Positions 1 to 8,522 of a stretch of DNA of 64,000 bases are shown piece after piece. The stretch is taken from positions 1 to 64,000 of IMG/VR virus record IMGVR_UViG_3300038603_000024. The stretch is one strand, 5' to 3'. Positions within the stretch are counted from its first letter, which is position 1; the number at the start of each line of letters is the position of its first letter. Position numbers and translations under genes: made by a program. The DNA comes from a virus. Taxonomy: Duplodnaviria > Heunggongvirae > Uroviricota > Caudoviricetes. The notes beneath the pieces were generated by a model. The model was not told the DNA's origin. It made no database searches and was given only the letters and a program-made list of their open reading frames with translations.

Positions 1-13
1 CGTTTCCTTTGCT

Positions 14-89
14 TGGACCACCCTCCGGGACTTGAACCCAGATCTGAAGCTTAGGAGGCAACTGCTCTATCCGGTTGAGCTAAGGGTGG
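14..89 (-). tRNA. tRNA-Arg(CCU)-like gene. It has a 7-bp acceptor stem, a 4-bp D-stem, the anticodon loop CUCCUAA, a 5-bp T-stem with a TTCAAGT loop, and 3' TCCA. Two U-U mismatches in the anticodon stem may mean a divergent or att-site-derived copy.
   Basis: I folded the reverse complement of positions 14-89 by hand into a cloverleaf. The anticodon CCT sits in a loop identical to the canonical tRNA-Arg(CCU) loop. The genomic CCA tail is at 14-16 on the complement. Confidence 0.55.
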
Positions 90-187
90 CTTGTCTCTCT
101 TTCCGTACACTCAGCCTAAGATTTGATCCACGGCCAGTCAACAGAAAAAGTGAAACCCGCGAAGATTTCTCAACGCGGGCCTGTTTG

Positions 188-1120
188 TTAGATGCATTTG
201 GCCTTGTATGCGTTAATGGCCTTGGCGTTTAGGCTCTTCGCCACGTCTTTCCATTCTAGCCCCATCCCAGCCAGTTCGTCAGCGCTTTCCTTCTTGACGT
301 CATTGCCGAACCACCTTGCGAAGTCACCGATGCGCTTGAAGTCAAATTCACCGTCACAAGCTTCGGACGCTGCTTGTTGGATACGTGCGTCAGTAATGAA
401 GGCATCGCAGAAGGCCAACACATTGGCAGGGATCTCTACCTTTGCAGTCGCTGCTGCTTTGGTTTTCTTGACCCGGTGAGCCTCACATTTCACCTTGCAA
501 ATCATTTTGGAATAGTCCTCACGACTTGCCCGACGTGGCGACAAAACAAATCCCTCCCCTGGTCCTGAAATATCCCACATCGCCTTAATGTATGGATCTT
601 CCTTGCCAATGCTTTCAGCTAGGTCGGACAGCTCCTGCGCTTTAGCCCCAACATCCTTGTCGTCAAAAAGGTTTAGCTCGAACTCTTTCATAATCGGCAG
701 GACTTCAACCCCATCGACATTAGGAACCATCTCACTGATAACCTCTGGGTCACTGCACACTTCACCAGTGCTTAGGTCTTGGATCGCAAAGACAAAGAAC
801 ATCTTCTTAGCAATGTTGCTTACTGCGTCACTCTTTTGGACACCCGGTCCAGCCCATTCTCCGTAAACGGCACAGTTCATCGGGAAGTCGCTTGGGTTCA
901 GAGTGTCCACAAAGCCTGCAAAGCCAAAGTTGTCGTCTCCAACCTTAATGATCCGGCTGCGAGACTGAGCGTAAAGTCCGCCCTCATCTCGAACAATTGC
1001 AGCGTTAGTCCCGTGCAGTTTGATTTTCGCAATAAAGTTTCGCTCAGTCATTCCGTATCGACGTGCATTTTTCACAAAGTGAGAAAAGCTTTCGACGCTT
1101 GGGTACTTATGAAATTCCAT
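188..1120 (-). CDS. RNA ligase, Rnl2 family (T4 Rnl2-like nucleotidyltransferase).
   Basis: Motif I KLHGTNAAI contains the lysine adenylylation site. YGEWAGPGVQK, EGFVLSP and KVKCEAH line up with Rnl2 motifs III to V. An AGGAGA ribosome-binding site precedes the ATG. Confidence 0.8.
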   Translation of the reverse strand: MEFHKYPSVESFSHFVKNARRYGMTERNFIAKIKLHGTNAAIVRDEGGLYAQSRSRIIKVGDDNFGFAGFVDTLNPSDFPMNCAVYGEWAGPGVQKSDAVSNIAKKMFFVFAIQDLSTGEVCSDPEVISEMVPNVDGVEVLPIMKEFELNLFDDKDVGAKAQELSDLAESIGKEDPYIKAMWDISGPGEGFVLSPRRASREDYSKMICKVKCEAHRVKKTKAAATAKVEIPANVLAFCDAFITDARIQQAASEACDGEFDFKRIGDFARWFGNDVKKESADELAGMGLEWKDVAKSLNAKAINAYKAKCI

Positions 1121-1172
1121 GTCAGTTCTCCTGTTTGTTAACTCTTGTCAGCTTCGGTGTAGGCGCTGGGCG

Positions 1173-1952
1173 TCATACTGAGATAGGCGCTTTAATGACT
1201 GGATGTGGGTCATATCCAATCAGCTCAAAGTCCTCATACTTGAATGCAAAGATGTCGCTGACCTCTGGGTTTGTCCACATTCCCGGAAGGGGCTTAGAGC
1301 AACGTGACAGTTGCAACTCCACTTGCTCAACATGGTTCAAGTAGATATGAGCGTCACCAATCGTGTGAATAAGCTCACCAGGCTTATACCCAGTCACTTG
1401 AGCAATCATCATTTGCAGAAGCGCATATGAGGCGATATTGAATGGAACGCCCAAGAACATATCCGCAGACCGCTGGTACAGTTGCATATGCAGCTTCTCG
1501 CCAATAATGCGAACCTGCCATAGCGTATGGCATGGGGGCAAGGCCATCTCAGGCACATCGGCAGGATTCCATGCGGATACGATTAATCGCCTACTGTTCG
1601 GTGACGAATTAATGTCCTTTACCAGCCGTGCGATTTGGTCAACCCCGCCAAAGTCACGCCATTGCTTGCCGTATACTGGCCCTAGATCTCCATTGTCATC
1701 AGCCCACTCATCCCAGATAGAAACGCTATTGTCTTGCAGGTACTTGATGTTGGTTTCGCCAGACAAGAACCACAGGAGTTCATGGATGATAGACTTTAGA
1801 TGTACGCGCTTGGTGGTGACGATTGGGAATCCATCGCTCAAATCATATCGTGACTGCATCCCGAAGTGGGATATTGTGCCCGTTCCAGTCCTATCATCGC
1901 ATACCGTCCCGTTTTCTAGAATGAACTGCAACGCATCATGATACTGTTTCAT
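1173..1952 (-). CDS. thyA: Thymidylate synthase.
   Basis: The N-terminus DRTGTGT...[27 protein letters not shown] is the canonical ThyA signature. Confidence 0.95.
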   Translation of the reverse strand: MKQYHDALQFILENGTVCDDRTGTGTISHFGMQSRYDLSDGFPIVTTKRVHLKSIIHELLWFLSGETNIKYLQDNSVSIWDEWADDNGDLGPVYGKQWRDFGGVDQIARLVKDINSSPNSRRLIVSAWNPADVPEMALPPCHTLWQVRIIGEKLHMQLYQRSADMFLGVPFNIASYALLQMMIAQVTGYKPGELIHTIGDAHIYLNHVEQVELQLSRCSKPLPGMWTNPEVSDIFAFKYEDFELIGYDPHPVIKAPISV

Positions 1953-2146
1953 CCTCTAAACATCTCCTTGTGCGGCTCAAAGTCTCCACACTTGTCACTG
2001 AAGTCACTAAACGCAATCGGCGCGTTGTCTGGGTCATGTGACCACCACTTACGCGCGCCCTCTGCGACATCTGGCGAAAAGTTGCGGGGACATTTTCGGT
2101 TGACGCACTCCGCACTGCAAAACGTCTTGTCCAGATAACAGATCAT
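1949..2146 (-). CDS. Small Cys-rich protein (65 aa), possibly zinc-binding. Translationally coupled to thyA through an ATGA overlap.
   Basis: ORF listed in the track, with several Cys pairs. It overlaps thyA by 4 nt. Confidence 0.4.
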   Translation of the reverse strand: MICYLDKTFCSAECVNRKCPRNFSPDVAEGARKWWSHDPDNAPIAFSDFSDKCGDFEPHKEMFRG

Positions 2147-2313
2147 TCATTATCCACCCTGTCTAAAATTTCTAGCGCCTGAGATGGGAACACGTTTTCC
2201 ACCCAGTCCCTGTATTCTTCATGCAACTGCTCTGCGATAGCCCCGCTTTCCTTTACGCCCCAATGGTATAGGACTGACTCAAATCTCTCTTGCAGCGTCA
2301 AATCTTTAGCCAT
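2143..2313 (-). CDS. Hypothetical 56-aa protein (MAKDLTLQERFESVLYHWGV...). Coupled to its neighbours by TGATG and TAATG overlaps.
   Basis: Hand-translated. The ORF is below the 60-aa track cutoff and shows start/stop overlaps at both ends. Coordinates are approximate to within a few nt. Confidence 0.35.
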   Translation of the reverse strand: MAKDLTLQERFESVLYHWGVKESGAIAEQLHEEYRDWVENVFPSQALEILDRVDNE

Positions 2314-2450
2314 TAGAACACAGGCTCCCCATCCTTAATCCAGTATTGCAGATTGGCAATCACAACCCCGTTTCGGTCATACACATACGGGGCTTCCTTT
2401 GTGGACAACATTCCTTGCGCGTGCAAATCAGCGCTCATGTCTGGTGGCAT
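2313..2450 (-). CDS. Hypothetical 45-aa protein, starting at the internal Met MPPDMSADL.
   Basis: A GAGGAG ribosome-binding site lies 8 nt upstream of this internal ATG. The longer listed ORF (2313..2543) would overlap the upstream gene. Confidence 0.35.
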   Translation of the reverse strand: MPPDMSADLHAQGMLSTKEAPYVYDRNGVVIANLQYWIKDGEPVF

Positions 2451-2487
2451 TTTATTATCTCCTCTATGTAAGTGACCTAATTCATTT

Positions 2488-2763
2488 TCACTGGAGCAGG
2501 CTAATAACGTAGCCCATGCCAAAGAACATGGTGACTTTAACAACCGTGCTCAAAGTCACCATCCACAGATTGTCATTTTCGTCATCGACACTTTGGATGA
2601 CAAGCAAGGTAATAAGAGTAGTGATCCCCCATGAGTATACAAACTCAAGCTGGTGAAAGTTGAACGCCGGGACAACATGCCAGTTGAATAGCTTCATAAC
2701 TACAAACGCTTTGTACATCGACAGTGGGAACCAAAGCGCAATCGCGGTCAAAAATTTAAGCAT
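2488..2763 (-). CDS. Small integral membrane protein (91 aa, 2-3 TM segments).
   Basis: Hydrophobic segments are visible in the translation. It is the first gene of the leftward operon. Confidence 0.45.
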   Translation of the reverse strand: MLKFLTAIALWFPLSMYKAFVVMKLFNWHVVPAFNFHQLEFVYSWGITTLITLLVIQSVDDENDNLWMVTLSTVVKVTMFFGMGYVISLLQ

Positions 2764-2820
2764 CTTTTCTCTCCTAAGTGTTAGACCTACCCCATTTCTA
2801 GAGTAGGTCTGTGTTGCTGT

Positions 2821-5676
2821 CTAGGTCAAATCTACGATTTCACAAACTCCGGCGCTACAGGCTAGAGTGCTAGACCCTTTGGTCGTGTCTTCGCGCTCGA
2901 ACTCAGCTAGGCCAGACCAGTCAATCGCGCTGGGCATCTTGGCAAGCATGGCCTCGTATTCCTCGCGTGTGCAGTCCTGATATGGTGCCTGCTGGTACGT
3001 GTGATCCGAGTGAGGCAGGAAGCTAATCCCGCTAACCTCATCAAAGTGCTTGTAGACCCAAGCGCCAACTTCAAGCCACTCATGATCTCGCACAGAAACC
3101 GTAACAGACGGCTTATGCTCACACCAGTGACGCTGATATGTCAGCCAGAACTCAAGCTGTTCCAGGGCTGTCATGTCGTTGCGCGTGATAGCACCTTCTG
3201 GCGACTTCATAGGGAAGCTGAAAACCGTAGTGGTATCAGGCTTCATCACGTCAGGCTCATTGGGAATGCCCTGCGACTTCATGAACTCCGTCAGCGGATC
3301 TTTGTTGTCACCTCGAACAGTTCGGATGTAGTAGTCGCTGTGACGCGCGTGGATGCCGCTTGCGGTATCTGTTAGCTGGCTAACCGTTCCCGATGGCTTC
3401 ACACACGTGATAGCTGCCGACTGTGGAATGCCAAGGCGTTCTGCCCATTCCTTGTTGGTGTCGATTGCGGTTTGGCGGAGGGTGTCCAAAACTCGCGGCA
3501 GAGGGGGCTCTGAGTAACCGCACATGCCTACATCATTAAGTACTGAACAATCCATAATACCTGTTAGGCTTACACCAAGAAGGCGCTCCTCTTCAGTATT
3601 CTCACGCCAAATATCGCGCAGATACGGGAAGTGGGTGTAGGTGCTTTGGATGGTGCCAAGGATGGTGGCCAGTTTTACCTTTCGTTTCAGGTCTTCAAGC
3701 GTATCATCTGCACGGCATACTACCTCTGTTAGATTGCAAAAGGAATACGGGCGCAAGATAATTTCACTATTTCCTGTCACAATGCCATTAAATGTCCCGC
3801 GCGACGTTTCAGGCTCAGTGAAGCAATACGTCATCTCATAGCGGTCAAGAGGCTCAATCGAAGCAACGCGAACAAACCGACGCGCATCACGCTGAGGGCT
3901 TTTGCCATTGTGATCAAGTCGGCTCAGGTTAAGACCCATTTCCATGAGGTCGTAAGCGTCAGAGCTGTTAATCAGGATGCGCTTTGACTCTTTGCAGAAG
4001 TACTCCTTCATGCCGCCGCGACCGTCAGGCATTTCACGATAGCCAGCGGGTGCTGCAGCTACAACCTTGGCTCGGACTCCCATAGTGGTAAGCATGAGGC
4101 GAAGGCGGTCCAGAAAATCGTGGTCAACAGACGCCAACTGGAACGAAACGCCATGTGTGCTGCGTAGAATTGTTCCGTCAGCATCAAGAAGCCCAGCCAG
4201 CCAGTTCAAGCGATATTCCAGCGTTGCATCCATAGGCACGAATGACTTGTCCATCATAGGCCCGTGATTCCACACTTTGCGCTCAGTTTTCGAACCGTCT
4301 GGGTAAACTTTGCCAATCAAGCGGTCAATGCATGGATACTTAGGCTCATAGACCCAAGAGCGTGTCATGCCCTTGTTGCCATCCCCGGAGTAGAAGCCTT
4401 GAGAGTAAGCATCAATCTGGGGATCATTGTCACCTTCAACGACAGGCATATCAAACTTTTCAAGCTTGTCGCCAACTTTGATATCGCTGGTCTCGACAAA
4501 ACCCTTCCCGTCAATCACCCAGCGGTGATTCCAGGTACAATCAAGATATGATCCATCAGTCAATGTGACGCGAACAAGGTCAGCTTCACCGGCAGCATAT
4601 GGAACTACAGTGGCCCAGTTTTCACCGTTCCAGATTTCAGTTTCCTCGCCAACAGTTTCAACGATTGGCTTGTATCCGCTGGACGTCAGGATTTCGGTCT
4701 CAGGCGAGCAACAGCATGGATTTGTCCCGAAGTCCCAATCAGTATCACGGCGACCATTCTTAGCAGCCTGATTAACGCTTGCTTGCCGATTGAAGATGCC
4801 GCGCTCACCGGACTTGCTTTCCATCAGGGCCAGCCATTCACGCATAAAGCTTTCCGCGTCGGGCTTGTCGGTGAATGCAACGGAGTTGTTGGCAAGAGCG
4901 CGCTGAGGATCAGTCACCCACCACTGGCCTGACTTGGCATGGCGCATACGGTCATCACTGAGGTTGCTGAGGCTAATCATAGCAGAGCGACGAACGCCAC
5001 CCACAACCACAATCTCGCCAATCTTACACATCAGGTCGTGACACTCGATGGATGTCAGCTTGCGGCCCTGTGCTTTCTTGAATACGCCAATGGTGAAGTT
5101 AAACAGATCAACCAGCGGATCAGGGCCAGAAGCGCGACCGCCAAATGTCTTGAGCTTGGCACCTGCGGGGCGGACTGCAGACACGTCCCACGTGGGGGTA
5201 TGACCGGACCACAAGTGTTCTAGCAGTTCACGATATGATTTGGCCCATCCCTCCTTACTGTCTTCAACGACAATAACCGGCACATCACCATCCATCTTCT
5301 CAGGCACTTCTGGAAGCTTGTTTACATACTGCCGCTCAACACTGAAGCCCACGCCAGTGCCACACAGCAGGATAAACATTGCCTCATCAAACGAGCGCGG
5401 ATGATCTACTGGCAGGTATGAGCAGTTGTAGATGCAAGTATTGTCTCGATCAGCAGCAGGACCAGCGGTCATCAGTGCGCGCATCGACGGGGCAGTTTCC
5501 AGACCACGAATAGCTTGGCTCAGTTCTTCAACAGTCTCGGCATCAGCGCCAGACGGAACGACGATATTCTCAATATATCGGTCTACAGTTTCATCCCAAG
5601 TTTCTCGCCGGTTTTCTTCTGGCAGCCATCGTGCATAGCGGCTTACCGCGATAAACTTCTGATAGTCATTCATCAA
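2821..5676 (-). CDS. Ribonucleotide reductase catalytic subunit, probably class II cobalamin-dependent, interrupted by an intein.
   Basis: Removing the intein restores the active-site motif N-P-C-S-E. A C-terminal CSAGVC redox pair is present. No NrdB gene is in the window. A GAAGGA ribosome-binding site precedes the start. Confidence 0.8.
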   Translation of the reverse strand: MMNDYQKFIAVSRYARWLPEENRRETWDETVDRYIENIVVPSGADAETVEELSQAIRGLETAPSMRALMTAGPAADRDNTCIYNCSYLPVDHPRSFDEAMFILLCGTGVGFSVERQYVNKLPEVPEKMDGDVPVIVVEDSKEGWAKSYRELLEHLWSGHTPTWDVSAVRPAGAKLKTFGGRASGPDPLVDLFNFTIGVFKKAQGRKLTSIECHDLMCKIGEIVVVGGVRRSAMISLSNLSDDRMRHAKSGQWWVTDPQRALANNSVAFTDKPDAESFMREWLALMESKSGERGIFNRQASVNQAAKNGRRDTDWDFGTNPCCCSPETEILTSSGYKPIVETVGEETEIWNGENWATVVPYAAGEADLVRVTLTDGSYLDCTWNHRWVIDGKGFVETSDIKVGDKLEKFDMPVVEGDNDPQIDAYSQGFYSGDGNKGMTRSWVYEPKYPCIDRLIGKVYPDGSKTERKVWNHGPMMDKSFVPMDATLEYRLNWLAGLLDADGTILRSTHGVSFQLASVDHDFLDRLRLMLTTMGVRAKVVAAAPAGYREMPDGRGGMKEYFCKESKRILINSSDAYDLMEMGLNLSRLDHNGKSPQRDARRFVRVASIEPLDRYEMTYCFTEPETSRGTFNGIVTGNSEIILRPYSFCNLTEVVCRADDTLEDLKRKVKLATILGTIQSTYTHFPYLRDIWRENTEEERLLGVSLTGIMDCSVLNDVGMCGYSEPPLPRVLDTLRQTAIDTNKEWAERLGIPQSAAITCVKPSGTVSQLTDTASGIHARHSDYYIRTVRGDNKDPLTEFMKSQGIPNEPDVMKPDTTTVFSFPMKSPEGAITRNDMTALEQLEFWLTYQRHWCEHKPSVTVSVRDHEWLEVGAWVYKHFDEVSGISFLPHSDHTYQQAPYQDCTREEYEAMLAKMPSAIDWSGLAEFEREDTTKGSSTLACSAGVCEIVDLT
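3769..4713 (-). mobile_element. Intein (about 315 aa) with a LAGLIDADG homing-endonuclease domain, inserted directly after the catalytic Cys of the reductase.
   Basis: The element starts C-C-S-P-E-T-E-I-L, which fits Hint block A. LAGLIDADG blocks are YSQGFYSGDGNKG and LNWLAGLLDADGTI. It ends IVTGN, followed by a +1 Ser. Confidence 0.75.
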
Positions 5677-5772
5677 AGTTTCAATTCCTTCTCTATGATG
5701 TTCAAGATGGCCTTACGCGCCTGAACTTCGGGCACGACATAGTGTCGCCGTTTCAATTTCTGCGCCATCACT

Positions 5773-6249
5773 TCACAGCGCCACGAATGTTTTGAACATA
5801 AGCCACTTAGCACAGTGGTTATATGCGTCAATGCCAATGCCGTGATCTGCGTTTACAAGGAATGCGCGCTTATGATCAATCTTGACATCATCCAAAGCGA
5901 CCCAGAGCATGTTGTCTGTTTTGTTGCGGTCTAGCCACTCATTGATTGCAGTCAGCCTGTCTACATCTGGGTAGACCGTATGCATATCCTCATGTAGGTC
6001 ATCACCAAATCCAGCGGCTACAAATTGATTGATCAGCCCTGGAATCCTGCCGTGTTGATGGAGATGCCTATTGTGAGTCGTGTTGAACACAATCTTAGCG
6101 CCCGACGCATCAATGATTTTCCGCAAAACAGCGACACACCTATCGTCTAGCTCCTGCTCCCAGGAGGCCATCTTGTTGAACAGAAATGACGTGTATGGAA
6201 TCATAGGTCCATCAATGTCTAGGAATATTACTTTATCCGGCATCTTCAC
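5773..6249 (-). CDS. HAD-superfamily hydrolase, a putative nucleotide or polynucleotide phosphatase.
   Basis: The N-terminal motif VIFLDIDGP fits the DxDG nucleophile motif. It is ATGA-coupled to the dut stop. Confidence 0.65.
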   Translation of the reverse strand: MKMPDKVIFLDIDGPMIPYTSFLFNKMASWEQELDDRCVAVLRKIIDASGAKIVFNTTHNRHLHQHGRIPGLINQFVAAGFGDDLHEDMHTVYPDVDRLTAINEWLDRNKTDNMLWVALDDVKIDHKRAFLVNADHGIGIDAYNHCAKWLMFKTFVAL

Positions 6250-6680
6250 TCTCCCGTTGACCCGAAACCGCCGGTCCCGCGCTCTGTTTGTTTTTCAATC
6301 TCTTCAACCTCAACAATGTTGGTTTCGACATTCTTGACCAGCATAGCTTGTGCAATCCGCTCGCCTACTTTGGGGAAGTACAAAAAGATCCCGGCTGTGC
6401 CATCATATGTCAGCTTAACTTTGACCTCGCCAAGGTAATCCGCATCAATCACCCCAACCGCATTAGCAAGACGCATATCGCCCTTAAACCCATGCCCGCT
6501 GCGGCTGTAGATCTTCACATGGTACCCGTCCGGGATATCCATGATAAGACCGGTTCCGTATGTCGCGGTATTCCCACGGATTTCACGCGACACTGCCACC
6601 AGATCAAAGCAAGCCGCGCCATCAGTCTGGAACGCAGGAATCTCCGCGTCTTCATGAATGCGCTTAATTCGCAGATCCAT
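6246..6680 (-). CDS. dut: dUTP diphosphatase.
   Basis: dUTPase motifs are present: VIDADYLGEV, GERIAQ and C-terminal RGTGGFGSTG. I took the start at MDLRIKRI, which has a GGAG ribosome-binding site; the listed ORF extends further 5'. Confidence 0.9.
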   Translation of the reverse strand: MDLRIKRIHEDAEIPAFQTDGAACFDLVAVSREIRGNTATYGTGLIMDIPDGYHVKIYSRSGHGFKGDMRLANAVGVIDADYLGEVKVKLTYDGTAGIFLYFPKVGERIAQAMLVKNVETNIVEVEEIEKQTERGTGGFGSTGE

Positions 6681-6904
6681 ATATAGTACTCCTTTATCAG
6701 GGTGAACGCCAAATGTAGCCGAAAACAGCCAAAACGGCAAGTCATCACGCCGCGTAAAACGCACTATTAGACGTGACAAAATGTGACCTGATTGACTCTC
6801 CTCGTGCCATCACCACTACCACCGTAAATAGCGCCGGTCAACGCAAAACCGCTATACTTCCGGTTTATGTCGTGCTATCCATATAGCAGAGCAATGGAGG
6901 TCAC

Positions 6905-7135
6905 ATGACAGAAGAACAGAAGATCAATGTCCGCGTAGGTCAGAACATCCGGAACATCCGCAAGGAGCGCGGATTGAGCCAGGGGCAGACGGGCAAGCTA
7001 ATCGGGGTCAGCTTTCAGCAGATCCAGAAGTATGAGACTGGCACAAACCGTGTGAGCGCGCCGAAGCTGGTTCTACTGGCTAGGGAGTTGGACGTGTCGC
7101 TTATGGACTTGTTTGAAGGCGTGGAGGGTGTGTAA
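6905..7135 (+). CDS. XRE-family HTH transcriptional regulator (Cro/CI-like).
   Basis: HTH segment NIRNIRKERGLSQGQTGKLIGVSFQQIQKYETG. It is divergent from the metabolic operon, with a GGAGG ribosome-binding site. Confidence 0.8.
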   Translation: MTEEQKINVRVGQNIRNIRKERGLSQGQTGKLIGVSFQQIQKYETGTNRVSAPKLVLLARELDVSLMDLFEGVEGV

Positions 7136-7434
7136 TGGCTAAGATCTACCTATCAGGCCCAATGACCGGACTGCCTGAACACAACTACCCGCGCTTTCAT
7201 GAGGTGGCGGCTAAACTGCGCGATGAAGGCCATGACGTATACAACCCGGCGGAGTATGCGTGGGAGGGTGAATTTCCCATCCGTACTGCGTTTGCCGAAT
7301 ATACGTCTGTCATCTGCACGTGGGCGGACACGATTGTATTGCTGGAGGGCTGGCAAGACTCGCGCGGCGTTGCTGTTGAGCTGCTGCTGGCTGAGATTTG
7401 TGGACTAACGGTGAAGGAATGGAGCGATGACTGA
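7135..7434 (+). CDS. DUF4406 / nucleoside 2-deoxyribosyltransferase-like protein.
   Basis: The N-terminus KIYLSGPMTG...(Y)NPAE is typical of this fold. It is coupled to the regulator stop (TAATG). Confidence 0.55.
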   Translation: MAKIYLSGPMTGLPEHNYPRFHEVAAKLRDEGHDVYNPAEYAWEGEFPIRTAFAEYTSVICTWADTIVLLEGWQDSRGVAVELLLAEICGLTVKEWSDD

Positions 7435-7771
7435 GCAAAATATTTTGGCTGTCCTTTTTGCTTTCTTTTTATGTGCAGCCTACTTTTGTAGGAAGGAGAG
7501 CGAGAAAAGGGCTAGGCGAAGATCAAAAGAGCTGGCTAGAACTATACAAGAAGTTGGGAAACAGGAGATGGAACAGATGAAGACTAACAACGGTCACGGG
7601 CTTGAATGCCTGCACATGACATACGTACTGCGCGACATGCTTCACACATATGTAGAGGACACTCTGTGGGTCGGGGCGCATCCTGAACTGCGAGAAGCCA
7701 TTGACAATGCGTCTGACGCGCTGGGCGTTCTGTATCAGGAAATCGGCAAGAGTATGCCTGACGATAAGTAA
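7427..7771 (+). CDS. Hypothetical protein with an N-terminal TM helix.
   Basis: ORF from the track, hydrophobic N-terminus, followed by a terminator. Confidence 0.4.
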   Translation: MTEQNILAVLFAFFLCAAYFCRKESEKRARRRSKELARTIQEVGKQEMEQMKTNNGHGLECLHMTYVLRDMLHTYVEDTLWVGAHPELREAIDNASDALGVLYQEIGKSMPDDK

Positions 7772-7776
7772 TAAAA

Positions 7777-7808
7777 AGCCCCCGCCGATTGAGCGGGGGT
7801 TCTTCTTA
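7777..7808. terminator. Bidirectional rho-independent terminator. The hairpin is AGCCCCCGC-loop-GCGGGGGT, flanked by A-runs and T-runs.
   Basis: A 9-bp GC stem with T-rich tracts on both strands, sited between convergent transcription units. Confidence 0.55.
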
Positions 7809-8061
7809 TGCGCCTAACGTTCACTCTAGGTTACGCTATCCCGGATTAACGTTCTGTTTAAGTTACGTTAGCCGGAGTATCATGCGCATAGATCATACGC
7901 ATTTGCCTTCTAGCCAAGCGCGACCTTGTTTAGTCAGATATGCAAAGCCTAGCGCCCATCCTGTAAGGCCCTCTTGATTCAATTGGCAATACTGTGAATA
8001 CCATCGCTTGTGGCAAGCATTAGGTGATTTTGCTAGGTACAAAAGTCTACGACGCCTAGTG

Positions 8062-8331
8062 TCATTCACGACTAGCAGCCTCCCCAGCCAATGCAGCATA
8101 CGCAGCCCCATCAATAAAGCTGTCCGCCCGATAGCCGCCCTGGTTGGATCGCACCAGCTTCAGCACCTCCATAAACTGCCAGCCCTGTTGCTCTGTCATG
8201 GAAACGCCTGTGATGGCTTGGAACGCTGTGACGGTTGCCGCCATGCTGCGCTCGCCTTCAGGCTTGTCATAAGTCTTGGCTCGGTCTTCCATTTCCGATG
8301 CCGCTTGTTTCAGTACTTCATTTGCCTTCAT
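8062..8331 (-). CDS. Hypothetical small phage protein (89 aa, starting MKANEVLKQ).
   Basis: I chose the internal start because it has a GGAG ribosome-binding site. The C-terminal motif GGYRADSFIDGAAYAALAG looks like a conserved phage family, but I cannot name it. Confidence 0.45.
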   Translation of the reverse strand: MKANEVLKQAASEMEDRAKTYDKPEGERSMAATVTAFQAITGVSMTEQQGWQFMEVLKLVRSNQGGYRADSFIDGAAYAALAGEAASRE

Positions 8332-8522
8332 CTTTGATCTCCGCTTCTGCATGGTATGTTTCTGTGACCCTAAACAGGGAAGACAAGGGATATTTTTCAA
8401 CGTATCCATCCATTTGGACGCAATACATCTCACCCTTTGTATAAGTGTTTACGCAAACCCTTTTTATTGGCTGGCTAGTCTCATTTCTGTGGATGTTCAC
8501 AATCATTCTCATGTTTAATCTC

